A stretch of 64,000 bases of DNA from a virus (Duplodnaviria > Caudoviricetes), in the IMG/VR virus record IMGVR_UViG_3300020576_006644, positions 48,624 through 112,623 of that record, one strand, 5' to 3'. The notes below the pieces were generated by a model. It saw only the letters and a program-made list of their open reading frames with translations, had not been told where the DNA came from and ran no database searches. The position numbers were made by a program, and so were the translations under genes. Below are positions 18,401 to 27,386 of the stretch, piece by piece (the stretch's first letter is position 1; each line of letters begins with the position of its first letter).

Positions 18401-19771
18401 ATGCTCAGAAAAACTTTGGCACCCCAGGTCGTTCTGCTCTGTGGCCTCGGGTTCGGCGACGAGGGGAAGGGTACGACGGTGGATTTTTTGACCGAGCAGC
18501 TCGGAGCACACACCGTCGTTCGCTATAACGGCGGCCCACAGGCGGCGCACACCGTCGTGGAGAAGGGCCGGCACCACGTCTTTGCGCAGTTCGGCTCAGG
18601 GACGCTGCTGGGTGCACGGACCTACCTCAGCAGCCACATGCTGGTTTGCCCGTTCCGCCTGCAGTCTGAGGCCGCCGCGCTGGACGCGATCGGCATCCGT
18701 CGGTCCCTCGACATGGTGGCGATCGACCGGGCGGCGCCGCTGGTGACGCCGGTGCACAAACTGGCCTGCCAGGTGCGGGAGCTGGCGCGCCAGGACCGGC
18801 ATGGCTCCTGCGGGATGGGCATCTGGGAGACAACGCGGATCGCTCGGCAGAACCCCAAGATCGCCCCGCGGGTTGGGGACTTGGAGGACATCGACCTTCT
18901 CATGGAGAAGATTGAAGCCCTGCGCCTGGAGATGCTGTACGACGTGTGCGACGACGTGGTGGCAGCAAGGGAGACGCCCCGGCACGCCGCAGCTCAGAAG
19001 GTCTATCAGGAACTCGACGACCTGGACCTGCCCGCGCTGCGCCAGCGATACGCGGAGATCGGTAAGGAAACCACCCTTGGAAAGTACGGCCTGGTCGACA
19101 GCGGGTACTTGGGTGATCGTCTCCAGTCTGGCACCACGATCTTCGAAGGGGCACAGGGTGTGTTGCTCGACGAGACGTGGGGATTCCACCCGCACACGAC
19201 GGGCAGCACGACCACCTTCGCTAACGCCGAGGACATCCTGTCGGACCTGGGGTACGGCGGGGAAAAGTACCGGATCGGGGTTCTGCGCAGCTACATGACG
19301 CGGCATGGCCAGGGTCCGATGCCGACGGAGCTGCGCACCCTGGCGTCCGAGGAGGTCCACAACAAGACGACCCCATGGGCAGGGGACTTCAGGCACGGGA
19401 TACTCGATTTGGTCCTCCTCCGCTACGCCATTTCCGTGGTCGGCGGTATCGACTCGCTGGCGCTCACCCACGCGGACCGCTGGTCGAAATACGGGACCGC
19501 CTGCGTGTCGTACTCCCCGGTGTCGCAGCGCTATTTCCAGCTCGGCGGTGCGCTGTTGCGCCGGTCGGAGTGCCCAGACCTCGGTTACCAAGAGGGGCTG
19601 GGTCGTGCGGTCGCGGCTGCCCATCCGGTGTGCAAGTCGGGAGATCTCATCGAGATCGTCGAGGATCAGCTGCAGGTCGATGTTTCCGTCTTGTCGAGCG
19701 GCCCTGGGCGCGGCGACAAGTGCTGGCTGAACAAACGCGCCGGATTGCCGGCCGCGGCTGCCTGCGGGTAA
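18401..19771 (+). CDS. Adenylosuccinate synthetase-like (PurA family) enzyme, atypical substrate loop
   Basis: GFGDEGKG, VRYNGGPQAAHT, FEGAQG.LLD, YMTRHG.GP.PTE, LTH.D. Confidence 0.9.
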   Translation: MLRKTLAPQVVLLCGLGFGDEGKGTTVDFLTEQLGAHTVVRYNGGPQAAHTVVEKGRHHVFAQFGSGTLLGARTYLSSHMLVCPFRLQSEAAALDAIGIRRSLDMVAIDRAAPLVTPVHKLACQVRELARQDRHGSCGMGIWETTRIARQNPKIAPRVGDLEDIDLLMEKIEALRLEMLYDVCDDVVAARETPRHAAAQKVYQELDDLDLPALRQRYAEIGKETTLGKYGLVDSGYLGDRLQSGTTIFEGAQGVLLDETWGFHPHTTGSTTTFANAEDILSDLGYGGEKYRIGVLRSYMTRHGQGPMPTELRTLASEEVHNKTTPWAGDFRHGILDLVLLRYAISVVGGIDSLALTHADRWSKYGTACVSYSPVSQRYFQLGGALLRRSECPDLGYQEGLGRAVAAAHPVCKSGDLIEIVEDQLQVDVSVLSSGPGRGDKCWLNKRAGLPAAAACG

Positions 19772-19796
19772 CGTCCCTCGTTACAAGGAGGTTGAG

Positions 19797-19964
19797 ATGG
19801 ACCAGATCGTTGAGCGGTTTGACGACAGCCCGGCCAGCAAGCTGAGGCAGTACCTGGAGGACAATCTGCACCTGCGCGTTGTCGCCATGACCGGCTGGGT
19901 GGCGACCGATGGCGAGGAGTGCTTGATCGCTGTGTTCGAACCCAAGTCGCGGGTGGCGTTGTGA
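19797..19964 (+). CDS. Small hypothetical protein
   Basis: RBS AAGGAGGT; GTGA overlap with next gene. Confidence 0.55.
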   Translation: MDQIVERFDDSPASKLRQYLEDNLHLRVVAMTGWVATDGEECLIAVFEPKSRVAL

Positions 19965-20605
19965 CAGACGGCAGCGAGTTCGACTGCAAGGGTGGGTGCC
20001 GTCGGCGCACCGCCAACCTGAGCGGGACCTGTACCGACTGCCGGCGCGAGGGCTGCGGTCGGATCGTGATGGGTCAGAGCGGAGACTGCGTCTGCCCGAG
20101 CCTTGAGCATCACGATCACCTTGTCGCGCAGGGCCGGCTGCGCTTCGACAAAGTTCAAGGCCGGCTCATCCCGCCGCTCCGCGTCGAGCATCCCTTCAGC
20201 CTCGATGTCCCGGTCTACGCCCCCGAGCACCTGGAGTCGCGCATCGCCGCTATCGTCAAGGGCTTCGACGCCGAGCGGGTTCACAAGGTGATGACGATGC
20301 TCGACTGGCGCTGGGGCGGCAGTGACATGCCGGTGGGTGGCGTCCCCACGGTCGAGCAGATCAGGGAGAAGGCCGCCGGACTGCTGCGCTGCACCGTCTC
20401 CGACTTCGCCTCTGGCAAGATCGGCGCTGGCGGCGGCTGGGGCACCGGCGGCCTCAAGACCATCATCTCGGAGCGCGGGGAGCTGGCTGTCACCTTCGAG
20501 CTGTGTGACGCCTTCGAGCAGCTGCAGCACTGCGACGAGGGGGGTGCGCCGCTGCCGGCCGGCTACCTGTGCGTCGGGGACCCCAGGACCTGGAGGAACA
20601 CCTAA
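19961..20605 (+). CDS. Hypothetical protein (Cys-rich N-terminus)
   Basis: Coupled ORF. Confidence 0.55.
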   Translation: MTDGSEFDCKGGCRRRTANLSGTCTDCRREGCGRIVMGQSGDCVCPSLEHHDHLVAQGRLRFDKVQGRLIPPLRVEHPFSLDVPVYAPEHLESRIAAIVKGFDAERVHKVMTMLDWRWGGSDMPVGGVPTVEQIREKAAGLLRCTVSDFASGKIGAGGGWGTGGLKTIISERGELAVTFELCDAFEQLQHCDEGGAPLPAGYLCVGDPRTWRNT

Positions 20606-21003
20606 TGGGCAAGTGGAGACTCTACAAGCACCACCTGGGCGACTACATGCGCCGGTGGATCTTCCAAACCCCATGGGGCACCATCCACCTTCACCACATC
20701 CTGCGCAGTGACGGTGATAGGGCGTTCCATGATCACCCCTGGAACTTCACCAGCAACCTGCTCTCCGGTGGCTACACCGAGCTGCGACCCGCCGGGTACA
20801 ACGCGACCACAATGCGGGTCTGGCCCCGCTGGAGCATTGTTCGCCGCAAGGCGACTGATCTACACCGCTTGATTCTCGACAAGCCCGTCTGGACGCTGGT
20901 TTTCACCTCTAAGAAGCTGCGGGAGTGGGGCTTCGTCGAGGACGGCAAGTGGACTCACTGGCGCGAGTACGAGAAGCGCTACACCTCAAAGGCCCTCACA
21001 TGA
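20605..21003 (+). CDS. Cupin-fold protein
   Basis: LHHILRSD...HDHPW.F.S..L.GGY.E...HR...WTL...REWGF pattern. Confidence 0.7.
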   Translation: MGKWRLYKHHLGDYMRRWIFQTPWGTIHLHHILRSDGDRAFHDHPWNFTSNLLSGGYTELRPAGYNATTMRVWPRWSIVRRKATDLHRLILDKPVWTLVFTSKKLREWGFVEDGKWTHWREYEKRYTSKALT

Positions 21004-21350
21004 CCACCTGGAAGAAGACCAAGAAGCGGCGGGCGCAGAAGGCCCAAGAGCAGAGGCAGGCGACGGCTTCGGCAGCTCGCCACGAAGAGAATCTGCGGGC
21101 CCGCCAATCTGCCGAGGAGGCCAGCTGGCAGCGCCAGCGCGAGATGATAGAGGCCCGGCGAGCCGCCAATCTCGCGGCCCGGGTGGAGAAGGCCGACGAG
21201 GCGCTAAAGCCGGAGGCCCCATCGCCGCCGCGACCTGCACTCCAGCTTCGCCGCCGGCCGCTGCACCTCATGAGCATGTTGCTGGCCCCGCTGCTGCTCG
21301 GGGCGGGGATAAACGCGCTGTTGGAGCCACCACCCAAGGAGAAGCCGTGA
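21000..21350 (+). CDS. Hypothetical protein with C-terminal hydrophobic segment
   Basis: ATGA-coupled. Confidence 0.5.
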   Translation: MTTWKKTKKRRAQKAQEQRQATASAARHEENLRARQSAEEASWQRQREMIEARRAANLAARVEKADEALKPEAPSPPRPALQLRRRPLHLMSMLLAPLLLGAGINALLEPPPKEKP

Positions 21351-21733
21351 GCGAGCCCAAGCTGCTGTTCTGTGGGGTCCGCGACGGCGGGGACTTCTGG
21401 CATCTGGAGTGCCGCTTCGCCGACGGGCAGAAGTTTGCCGCGGTCCAGGTGGACAAGGACCACGAGAAGCTGGCTGACGAGATCGCGGCCTACCTCAACA
21501 CCCGTAAAGAGAAGGAGCAGGCGCTGGGCCTCGCCGAGATCCGCATCCGGCAGCTCGGGGAGCAGCTGGCGGCATGCGAAAAGGCCCTAGCCGAGCGGGA
21601 TGTGCGAGTCCTCGTTCTGACCCGGTTTGTCCTCAATATCCGCGACGGGTGGGACTGCGACGAGGACGCTCACCGTCATCGGACGCCTTGCCGCTGCTGC
21701 GAGGCTGAGAAGCTAGTCGGCCCCGCCTCGTGA
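21347..21733 (+). CDS. Hypothetical coiled-coil protein
   Basis: RBS AAGGAG; coupled. Confidence 0.6.
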   Translation: MSEPKLLFCGVRDGGDFWHLECRFADGQKFAAVQVDKDHEKLADEIAAYLNTRKEKEQALGLAEIRIRQLGEQLAACEKALAERDVRVLVLTRFVLNIRDGWDCDEDAHRHRTPCRCCEAEKLVGPAS

Positions 21734-22042
21734 ATTGATCCGCTTCTTCATCCGCTCCCGCTGCACCCACGGCCTGTCCCGCCTCCAGTAGATCTCCACC
21801 GGCTCCGCCCGCTGCAGCGCCGCCCTCAGTTCCGGGGTGGCGTGCAGCACGAGTAGCAGCGCCTCCAGGTTTAGCCGCCCATCCGCGAGGCAGATCCGCC
21901 GCTTCCCCGTCTCGATGAGGGAAAGCAGCGTGTGGCTGCACCCGGCCACCCGCGCCGCAGCTCGCAGCTTGACGCCGGCGGCGATGCGAGCCCGGTGCAG
22001 GAGCAGCCCCGGGTAGGGGGGTGGCTCAGGCGCGATCGCCAT
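21713..22042 (-). CDS. XRE-family HTH protein
   Basis: ARIAAGVKLRAAARVAGCSHTLLSLIETG. Confidence 0.7.
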   Translation of the reverse strand: MAIAPEPPPYPGLLLHRARIAAGVKLRAAARVAGCSHTLLSLIETGKRRICLADGRLNLEALLLVLHATPELRAALQRAEPVEIYWRRDRPWVQRERMKKRINSRGGAD

Positions 22043-22511
22043 TTTCCCTGGAAATGGCTACCGGCCGGCTGTCCCCGCGCACCCTGACCAAGACCGGCTG
22101 CCCCCACCTGAAGGGGTAGAGCACCGAGTCGTTGAGCAGGTGGACGAGGCACAGCCCCTCCTTTAGCTCCCCGGTGGCCCAGATCGACTCGGTGTTTCCG
22201 TCCCAGTCGCGGAGAGCTACCTTGAACTCCCCGTGCTGCGCCCGGAGGGTGTCGATGAACGCCTTGTCGGGGTGCAGCGGCGCGCGGATCGAGAAGGGCG
22301 GCGGGTCGTCCTCGGGTTTCCACGATGATCCTGGCGAGGGGACCATCCGGCGGCGCTCTTTGAACAGCGGCGGCAGCTTCTCCTTGTGTTGGTCGCAGTA
22401 GTAGGCGTCCCCGGCGTAGTCTTTGTTGGAGATGTGTAGGTAAGGGTCGACCAGCACCACGCGGGTGGTCGCGGGGTCAGGACATCCGATCTCTGCACAT
22501 TGGGTCTTCAT
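22026..22511 (-). CDS. Hypothetical protein
   Basis: ATGA-coupled to the transporter gene. Confidence 0.55.
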   Translation of the reverse strand: MKTQCAEIGCPDPATTRVVLVDPYLHISNKDYAGDAYYCDQHKEKLPPLFKERRRMVPSPGSSWKPEDDPPPFSIRAPLHPDKAFIDTLRAQHGEFKVALRDWDGNTESIWATGELKEGLCLVHLLNDSVLYPFRWGQPVLVRVRGDSRPVAISRENGDRA

Positions 22512-23896
22512 GCCGCCCTCTTCATCTTGGGGACCAGCCGCAGCTTGGCGATCTGCTTGCCGGCCGCCTCCCACCGCTGCACGGCCTCCAGCTCCTTGGG
22601 TGGCTGCCCCGAGCCGACGAGCCTGGACAGCGGGCGCCACAGGAGCGCCACCAGCGCGGCGCCGGAGAGGCCTACCCCGGCCAGCACGGCGAAGTAGCCC
22701 GAGTGCGACAGCGCCGGCCACGCCACCCGGCCGATCTGCCCGGAGACGAAGCCGCCGACCGAGCTCGAAAGTAGCCACACGCCGAGCAGGAACCCACGCA
22801 GCCGCTGCGGGGCGAGCCGCGCCACCAGCGCCGTTCCGATGGGGCTCACGAGCAGCTCTCCGATGGTGATGAGCAGGTAGAAGCCGAGGAGCCACGCGAT
22901 GCTGACGCCCTTGGCGCTGCCGGCCGCCCCGACCCGCAGGAGCGCCGCCGCCGCCGCGGACAGCAGCAACCCGGCGAGCAGCATGTGGATGGGGCCGATC
23001 GGTGCGCCCTGCCGCCGCCGGTTCAGGGCCTTGACTGCCCACTCGATGACCGGGGTGAGCACCAGGATGCCGATCGGGTTGATGGCGTTCGTCAGCGTCG
23101 CGTACTCGGCTAGCCCGGCGACGCACTCTTTCGCCCAGAGCGTCAGCGACCCGCCGTCGGCGAGGTATACCGCCCAGAAGAGAGACGCCACCACGGAGAC
23201 CGCCACGATCGCGGCCACGCGCCGCCCGGTGTCCGCTGGGTACGAGCCACGGTTCTCGCTGGTGGCGTCGGTGTCGAGTGGCTGGTCGAGGGCCTGGGCG
23301 AGAGGGGAGCGGTTGTCGACGAGGTGCCGGCGGAAGGTCCAGAAGGTGGCAAGGCCGATGCAGTGCCCGACAGCCGCCGACCCGAAGGCGAAGCCCCACC
23401 CGAGCCGGGTGACCATGACGGTCCCGAGGAGCGGCGCCACCATGGCCCCCAGGTTCACCGCCAGGTAGTAGCGGCTGAAGGCCTGCTCGTGCCGCGGGTC
23501 GCCCTCCTTATAGAGGGCGGAGAGCAGCGACTGCATGTTCGGCTTGAAAAGCCCATTGCCGACGACGATGAACCCCATCGCTAGGATGAGCGCTGTCCGT
23601 GACTCCACCGTCATGATGAGGTGGCCGGCGGCGATGACGCACCCGCCTATGAGCACGGCCCGCTTGAGCCCGAGCACCCGGTCGGCCAGCAGCCCGCCAA
23701 AGGGCGGCGTGAGGTAGACAAACCCCTGGAATGTGCCGAACATCTCCAGCGCCTGCGCGTCCGTCATCCCGAGGCGCTTGGTCATGTAGACAACGAGCAG
23801 CGCCCGCAGCAGGTAGTAGCCGAACCGTTCCCACAGCTCGGTAAAAAATAGGACGAGGAAACCTGGAGGGTGACGGTTTGGCAGCTGCTGCGGCAT
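22508..23896 (-). CDS. Proton-dependent oligopeptide transporter (POT/PTR2, MFS)
   Basis: ELWERFGYY (ExxER), GGLLADRVLG, GNGLFKPN, YYLAVNLG, GELLVSPIG; many TM segments. Confidence 0.93.
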   Translation of the reverse strand: MPQQLPNRHPPGFLVLFFTELWERFGYYLLRALLVVYMTKRLGMTDAQALEMFGTFQGFVYLTPPFGGLLADRVLGLKRAVLIGGCVIAAGHLIMTVESRTALILAMGFIVVGNGLFKPNMQSLLSALYKEGDPRHEQAFSRYYLAVNLGAMVAPLLGTVMVTRLGWGFAFGSAAVGHCIGLATFWTFRRHLVDNRSPLAQALDQPLDTDATSENRGSYPADTGRRVAAIVAVSVVASLFWAVYLADGGSLTLWAKECVAGLAEYATLTNAINPIGILVLTPVIEWAVKALNRRRQGAPIGPIHMLLAGLLLSAAAAALLRVGAAGSAKGVSIAWLLGFYLLITIGELLVSPIGTALVARLAPQRLRGFLLGVWLLSSSVGGFVSGQIGRVAWPALSHSGYFAVLAGVGLSGAALVALLWRPLSRLVGSGQPPKELEAVQRWEAAGKQIAKLRLVPKMKRAA

Positions 23897-23983
23897 GTTG
23901 GGCTCCTTTTGGGTGATCGCTTCCTCAAGGGTTTGTTGACGATCACAAGCACAACACGGGTGCTGCCGAGCTGGCAATGCTGA

Positions 23984-24262
23984 ATGTGGGAGCAGCGCTT
24001 GACGCACGTTCAGTATTGCGGCGAGGGCGGAGATCTGGGCGAATGGTGGGAAAGGAGAAATTGTATGGAAGAGGAACTTGTAAAATTACGCGCGTGGGCG
24101 TCACAAGCGGCACCGATTATTGAAGCGCTAAGGGAAGTTGAAGAATTGCGAAGGGCTTGGAAACAAGCCCCTGACCATGAGAAAAGAGAGCGGTTTGCGG
24201 CGCTTATTTTGAAGGAAATATCAATCGTGAGCATCCCGCTTCCACCGAAAGGAACACCATGA
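23984..24262 (+). CDS. Hypothetical protein (start uncertain)
   Basis: AT-richer ORF coupled to next gene. Confidence 0.45.
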   Translation: MWEQRLTHVQYCGEGGDLGEWWERRNCMEEELVKLRAWASQAAPIIEALREVEELRRAWKQAPDHEKRERFAALILKEISIVSIPLPPKGTP

Positions 24263-24900
24263 CTCCCATCCAGTCACTCATCCTCAAGGCCGTCTGCATC
24301 AACGTCCCGATCGGCATCCTGCTGCTCGGGCCGAAGGACGCGGTGCTCAAGTACATCTGGGCGCACCGCCACGACGATAAGCCCAGCCTTCGCATGTGGC
24401 ACTACGAGACCTTGGCGGTCTGCGCGCTTGTCGCCGCGGTCGTCCTCCTGTCGGGCAACGACCCGGTGGAGTGGGTCGGCTTCGCCGCGCTGACGCTGGC
24501 CCACGGGCGGAACTCGGTGATGTTCCGGCTCACTGAGGCGCAGCAGCACTCAAACCCCGTCGACCCGCACCATGTGGAGTGCTGGCGGTGGAACACCATC
24601 TACTTCCTGCTGGCTGAATGCTTCTGGGCGGCCTACTTCGTCCTGCACCGGAGCTGGGCGGCGCTGGCCGGGGTGGTGATCTTCGTCGGCTACGGGCAGT
24701 GGAGGCGGTGGTATGGAAGGCGCTCGCTGAAGTGGTTGGAGAAGGCCTTCCCGAGAGGCGGCTACCGCGAGCTGCCGATCGACCCAGCGAAGATCAAGCC
24801 CGCGCAGGTCAAGGTCGTGATCGGTTCAATCGACAGTACATGTGACCACGGTTATGCCGACCGGGGCTTCTGTGCGATTTGCCGTCCTCCTGAGACCTAG
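24259..24900 (+). CDS. Membrane protein
   Basis: Several hydrophobic segments. Confidence 0.65.
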   Translation: MTPIQSLILKAVCINVPIGILLLGPKDAVLKYIWAHRHDDKPSLRMWHYETLAVCALVAAVVLLSGNDPVEWVGFAALTLAHGRNSVMFRLTEAQQHSNPVDPHHVECWRWNTIYFLLAECFWAAYFVLHRSWAALAGVVIFVGYGQWRRWYGRRSLKWLEKAFPRGGYRELPIDPAKIKPAQVKVVIGSIDSTCDHGYADRGFCAICRPPET

Positions 24901-26396
24901 ATCTCCCCGATCCCCACGATCTCCGCTCGCATCCCCTTCTCTTCGTAAGCCCTCCTCCTCGCCTCCGCGTGTCGGCGCAGCCACTGCCCCGGCAGCGTGA
25001 GGCTGCGCCGCTTGGCCGCCTCCGCCTTCGAGTCCTCGTCGGCGAAGTCGAATATCGTCACCGACTCCTTCTTCCCCATCTCCGCGCAGCGCCGGCAGTT
25101 CTCGGTGCGGCAGATGCGCCCCCCGCGCCCCCCGCGCTGGATGGCCTCGATGGGGCTGCGCCCAGAGGCAGCGTTTATGCACCAGTAGGCGTGGATGATG
25201 TCGGTGTTCTGCTTGAAGATCTTTGAGCAGATGATGTTGTCGATCTCCCCGCGCTCGAAGCGCTCAATGAGGTCCTTGCGTGCCTCCGAGCTGTCATCCC
25301 CGAAGACGAAGGCGGACTTTATCCCGACGTGTTCGGCGATCTTGGCGAGGTAGCGCCCGTGGTCGATGTCGCGGACGAAGGTGAGGATGCCCGTCTTCTT
25401 GCGGCGCCAGATCTCGGCGACGAGCGCGTTCCGAGCCTTGGACAGCGACACGGCTCGCTGGTAGCCGTCGGAGCTGTAGTGCGGGGTATCCGGCTGGTCG
25501 CAGCGGACCATGACCACCCGGCACTCGGAGATGATCCCCTGCGACTCCAGCTCCGCTCGCGGCACCCGGTAGACGATCGGTCCGAACTGCGCTCGAACCG
25601 CCGCGTCCCGGTTGTCGCTGCGCCCCCCGACGGTGGCGGATAGCCCGATGCGGACGACGCAGCGGGGCATCGCCCGCAGGATGCGCTGGCTGCGCGGCGA
25701 GCCGCTCATCTGCACCTCGTCGTACAGCACCCAGCCGACCTGCCCGAGGAGCTCTAGAGCCTTTGGCGACCACCTGTCCCCGTCAAACTGTTGGTCGATG
25801 GTGGCGGGGCTGGCGACCGTGATTCGCCGGTCCCCTTGCCACAGCCCGTCACCGATGAGGCCAGGATCTTCCCCGCTGCGCAGCGCGATGCGGCCGGGCT
25901 TTGGTGATTTTGTGCGCCCATCACCGTCGAGTATTGCGCGGGAGTCGTATTTTGGCAGCGGGTCGCCGAGTTGGTGGACGCCGCCGATGTCGTCGCAGAG
26001 GACCAGCCCGCGGCCGAGCAGCGACATGGCCAGGGCCGCGATGATCTCACCCTTGCCGCCGGCGGTGGGCACGTCGATGCAGCCGACGACAGCTCGCAGC
26101 GCTGCCTCGACGGCCTCGCGCTGGTGGGGGAGCAGCCAGGCGAGCGGCAGTTGCCGCCGCCCAGGGAGGGTGCGGAAGTCGTTTCTGGCAGCGCCGACCC
26201 CACGCGAGCGCAGCGCCGACTCAGCCTCCTGCAGCAGCCCGATCGGGAAGCTGCGGGTCATGGGGTCGTACAGGCACATTCGCTCGGGCCGCCCGCGGCG
26301 CTTGCCGAGGTCGTAGGTCAGCTCCTCGTGCAGCGCCTGCAGCTCTTCGGGACTGCCGACGGCGCGGACGATCGCGGGGTGGACCTGGAGAATCAC
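24897..26396 (-). CDS. Superfamily 2 (DExH/UvsW-like) helicase
   Basis: PTAGGKG, YDEVQ, GLSAT, QRGGRGGR, IFDF.D. Confidence 0.88.
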   Translation of the reverse strand: MILQVHPAIVRAVGSPEELQALHEELTYDLGKRRGRPERMCLYDPMTRSFPIGLLQEAESALRSRGVGAARNDFRTLPGRRQLPLAWLLPHQREAVEAALRAVVGCIDVPTAGGKGEIIAALAMSLLGRGLVLCDDIGGVHQLGDPLPKYDSRAILDGDGRTKSPKPGRIALRSGEDPGLIGDGLWQGDRRITVASPATIDQQFDGDRWSPKALELLGQVGWVLYDEVQMSGSPRSQRILRAMPRCVVRIGLSATVGGRSDNRDAAVRAQFGPIVYRVPRAELESQGIISECRVVMVRCDQPDTPHYSSDGYQRAVSLSKARNALVAEIWRRKKTGILTFVRDIDHGRYLAKIAEHVGIKSAFVFGDDSSEARKDLIERFERGEIDNIICSKIFKQNTDIIHAYWCINAASGRSPIEAIQRGGRGGRICRTENCRRCAEMGKKESVTIFDFADEDSKAEAAKRRSLTLPGQWLRRHAEARRRAYEEKGMRAEIVGIGEI

Positions 26397-26689
26397 AGGC
26401 CCTCAGAGGTGACTGGCGCCGGGCCACGGAGGATGATCTCTTGAACGTAGACCCCGTCTCCCTCGGTGGGTGTCCACATCCATCCGGTCTCGACGTACTT
26501 GCGCACTACCTGATGAAGCAGTGCTACACGGGTTTTTATCGGGAGGTCTACATGTACGACATCGCCAAACCCTTTGAATTTGGCTCGGAGTTGGTCGTCG
26601 ATGTGCTTCTCAAGGGCGGCAATTTTTGCGTCTCGTCTGGCGTGTTCGGCCGCTGCTAGCTCGGCGCGTAGCTGGGTGGGAGTGACCAT
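26393..26689 (-). CDS. Hypothetical protein (resembles 6539-6796)
   Basis: Similar size and KY..xGW motif; follows an SOS-box-like site. Confidence 0.55.
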   Translation of the reverse strand: MVTPTQLRAELAAAEHARRDAKIAALEKHIDDQLRAKFKGFGDVVHVDLPIKTRVALLHQVVRKYVETGWMWTPTEGDGVYVQEIILRGPAPVTSEGL

Positions 26690-26720
26690 GCACCGACGTA
26701 AGCACCATCGGCGGGGGAGG

Positions 26721-26742
26721 GCAAGCCTGAACGTGCGGTCAG
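26721..26742 (-). promoter_or_regulatory. LexA-box-like operator fused to -35
   Basis: GCAAGC-CTGAAC-GTGC-GGTCAG. Confidence 0.65.
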
Positions 26743-27293
26743 GGCAGCGTAGCCTTGAGCCAGTCAAGCACGCGGCTGGCCCGGTGGTAGTGCGGCGAGG
26801 TCGGGTCCTCGTAGTACATGATGATGTCGGCCATCTTCTCGATGTCTTCGCGCGGGAGCGGCGGCACCGCTTTGTCGGTGAGCCGGTAGCCGCAGCTCTT
26901 GTACCGCCCGCCGGCCTTCTCGATGTAGCCGTGGTGGGTGAGGACCTTGATGTGGTCGTTGACCCCGTTGGTAGAGCGGGCACCGAGGGCTGCGCCCAGG
27001 TCGCGCAGGGTCGGGGGTTTGCCGCCGCTCTGCCGCGTGAGCTCGATGATCTTGCGGAGGTAGATGGCGGCCCTCGGCGCCAGATCCGGGTAGGCGGGGT
27101 CAGGACTGACCGAATCCCGTCGCGGGTGCCACGTTTTGGCCGCTTCGGGGACCGGGCACCAGGCGTACAGTGTCTGTGTGGTGACGCCGAGCTGGCGGGC
27201 GGCGGCGCAGTAGTTGCCGTACTTCTTGCGGATCCCCTCGTAGCCGAGCGCTGTCGTCTCGGCCCGCATCGGGTGGTGCTTGTACTTGTTCAT
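26739..27293 (-). CDS. LexA DNA-binding-domain repressor with extra N-terminal HTH, no S24 peptidase
   Basis: PPTLRDLGAALGARSTNGVNDHIKVLTHHGYI; N-terminal AAARQLGVTTQTLYAW. Confidence 0.85.
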   Translation of the reverse strand: MNKYKHHPMRAETTALGYEGIRKKYGNYCAAARQLGVTTQTLYAWCPVPEAAKTWHPRRDSVSPDPAYPDLAPRAAIYLRKIIELTRQSGGKPPTLRDLGAALGARSTNGVNDHIKVLTHHGYIEKAGGRYKSCGYRLTDKAVPPLPREDIEKMADIIMYYEDPTSPHYHRASRVLDWLKATLP

Positions 27294-27325
27294 GCTCGGC
27301 AACATGCCCGCAGCCGCCGCCGGGG

Positions 27326-27353
27326 GCAATCAGGAACGTATGTTCAGGATTGC
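27326..27353. promoter_or_regulatory. Palindromic LexA-box-like operator between divergent lexA-like and RNA ligase genes
   Basis: GCAATC-AGGAAC-GTAT-GTTCAG-GATTGC. Confidence 0.75.
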
Positions 27354-27386
27354 AATCTCAAGCCGGGCCAAGTTTCAATGCGGCGT

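Noticed and set aside
18401-19771. PurZ (2-aminoadenine, Z-genome) pathway
   Set aside because: The enzyme keeps the PurA-type Asp (GDEGKG) rather than the Ser of PurZ, no dATPase or MazZ-like partner is visible, and adenine MTases are present
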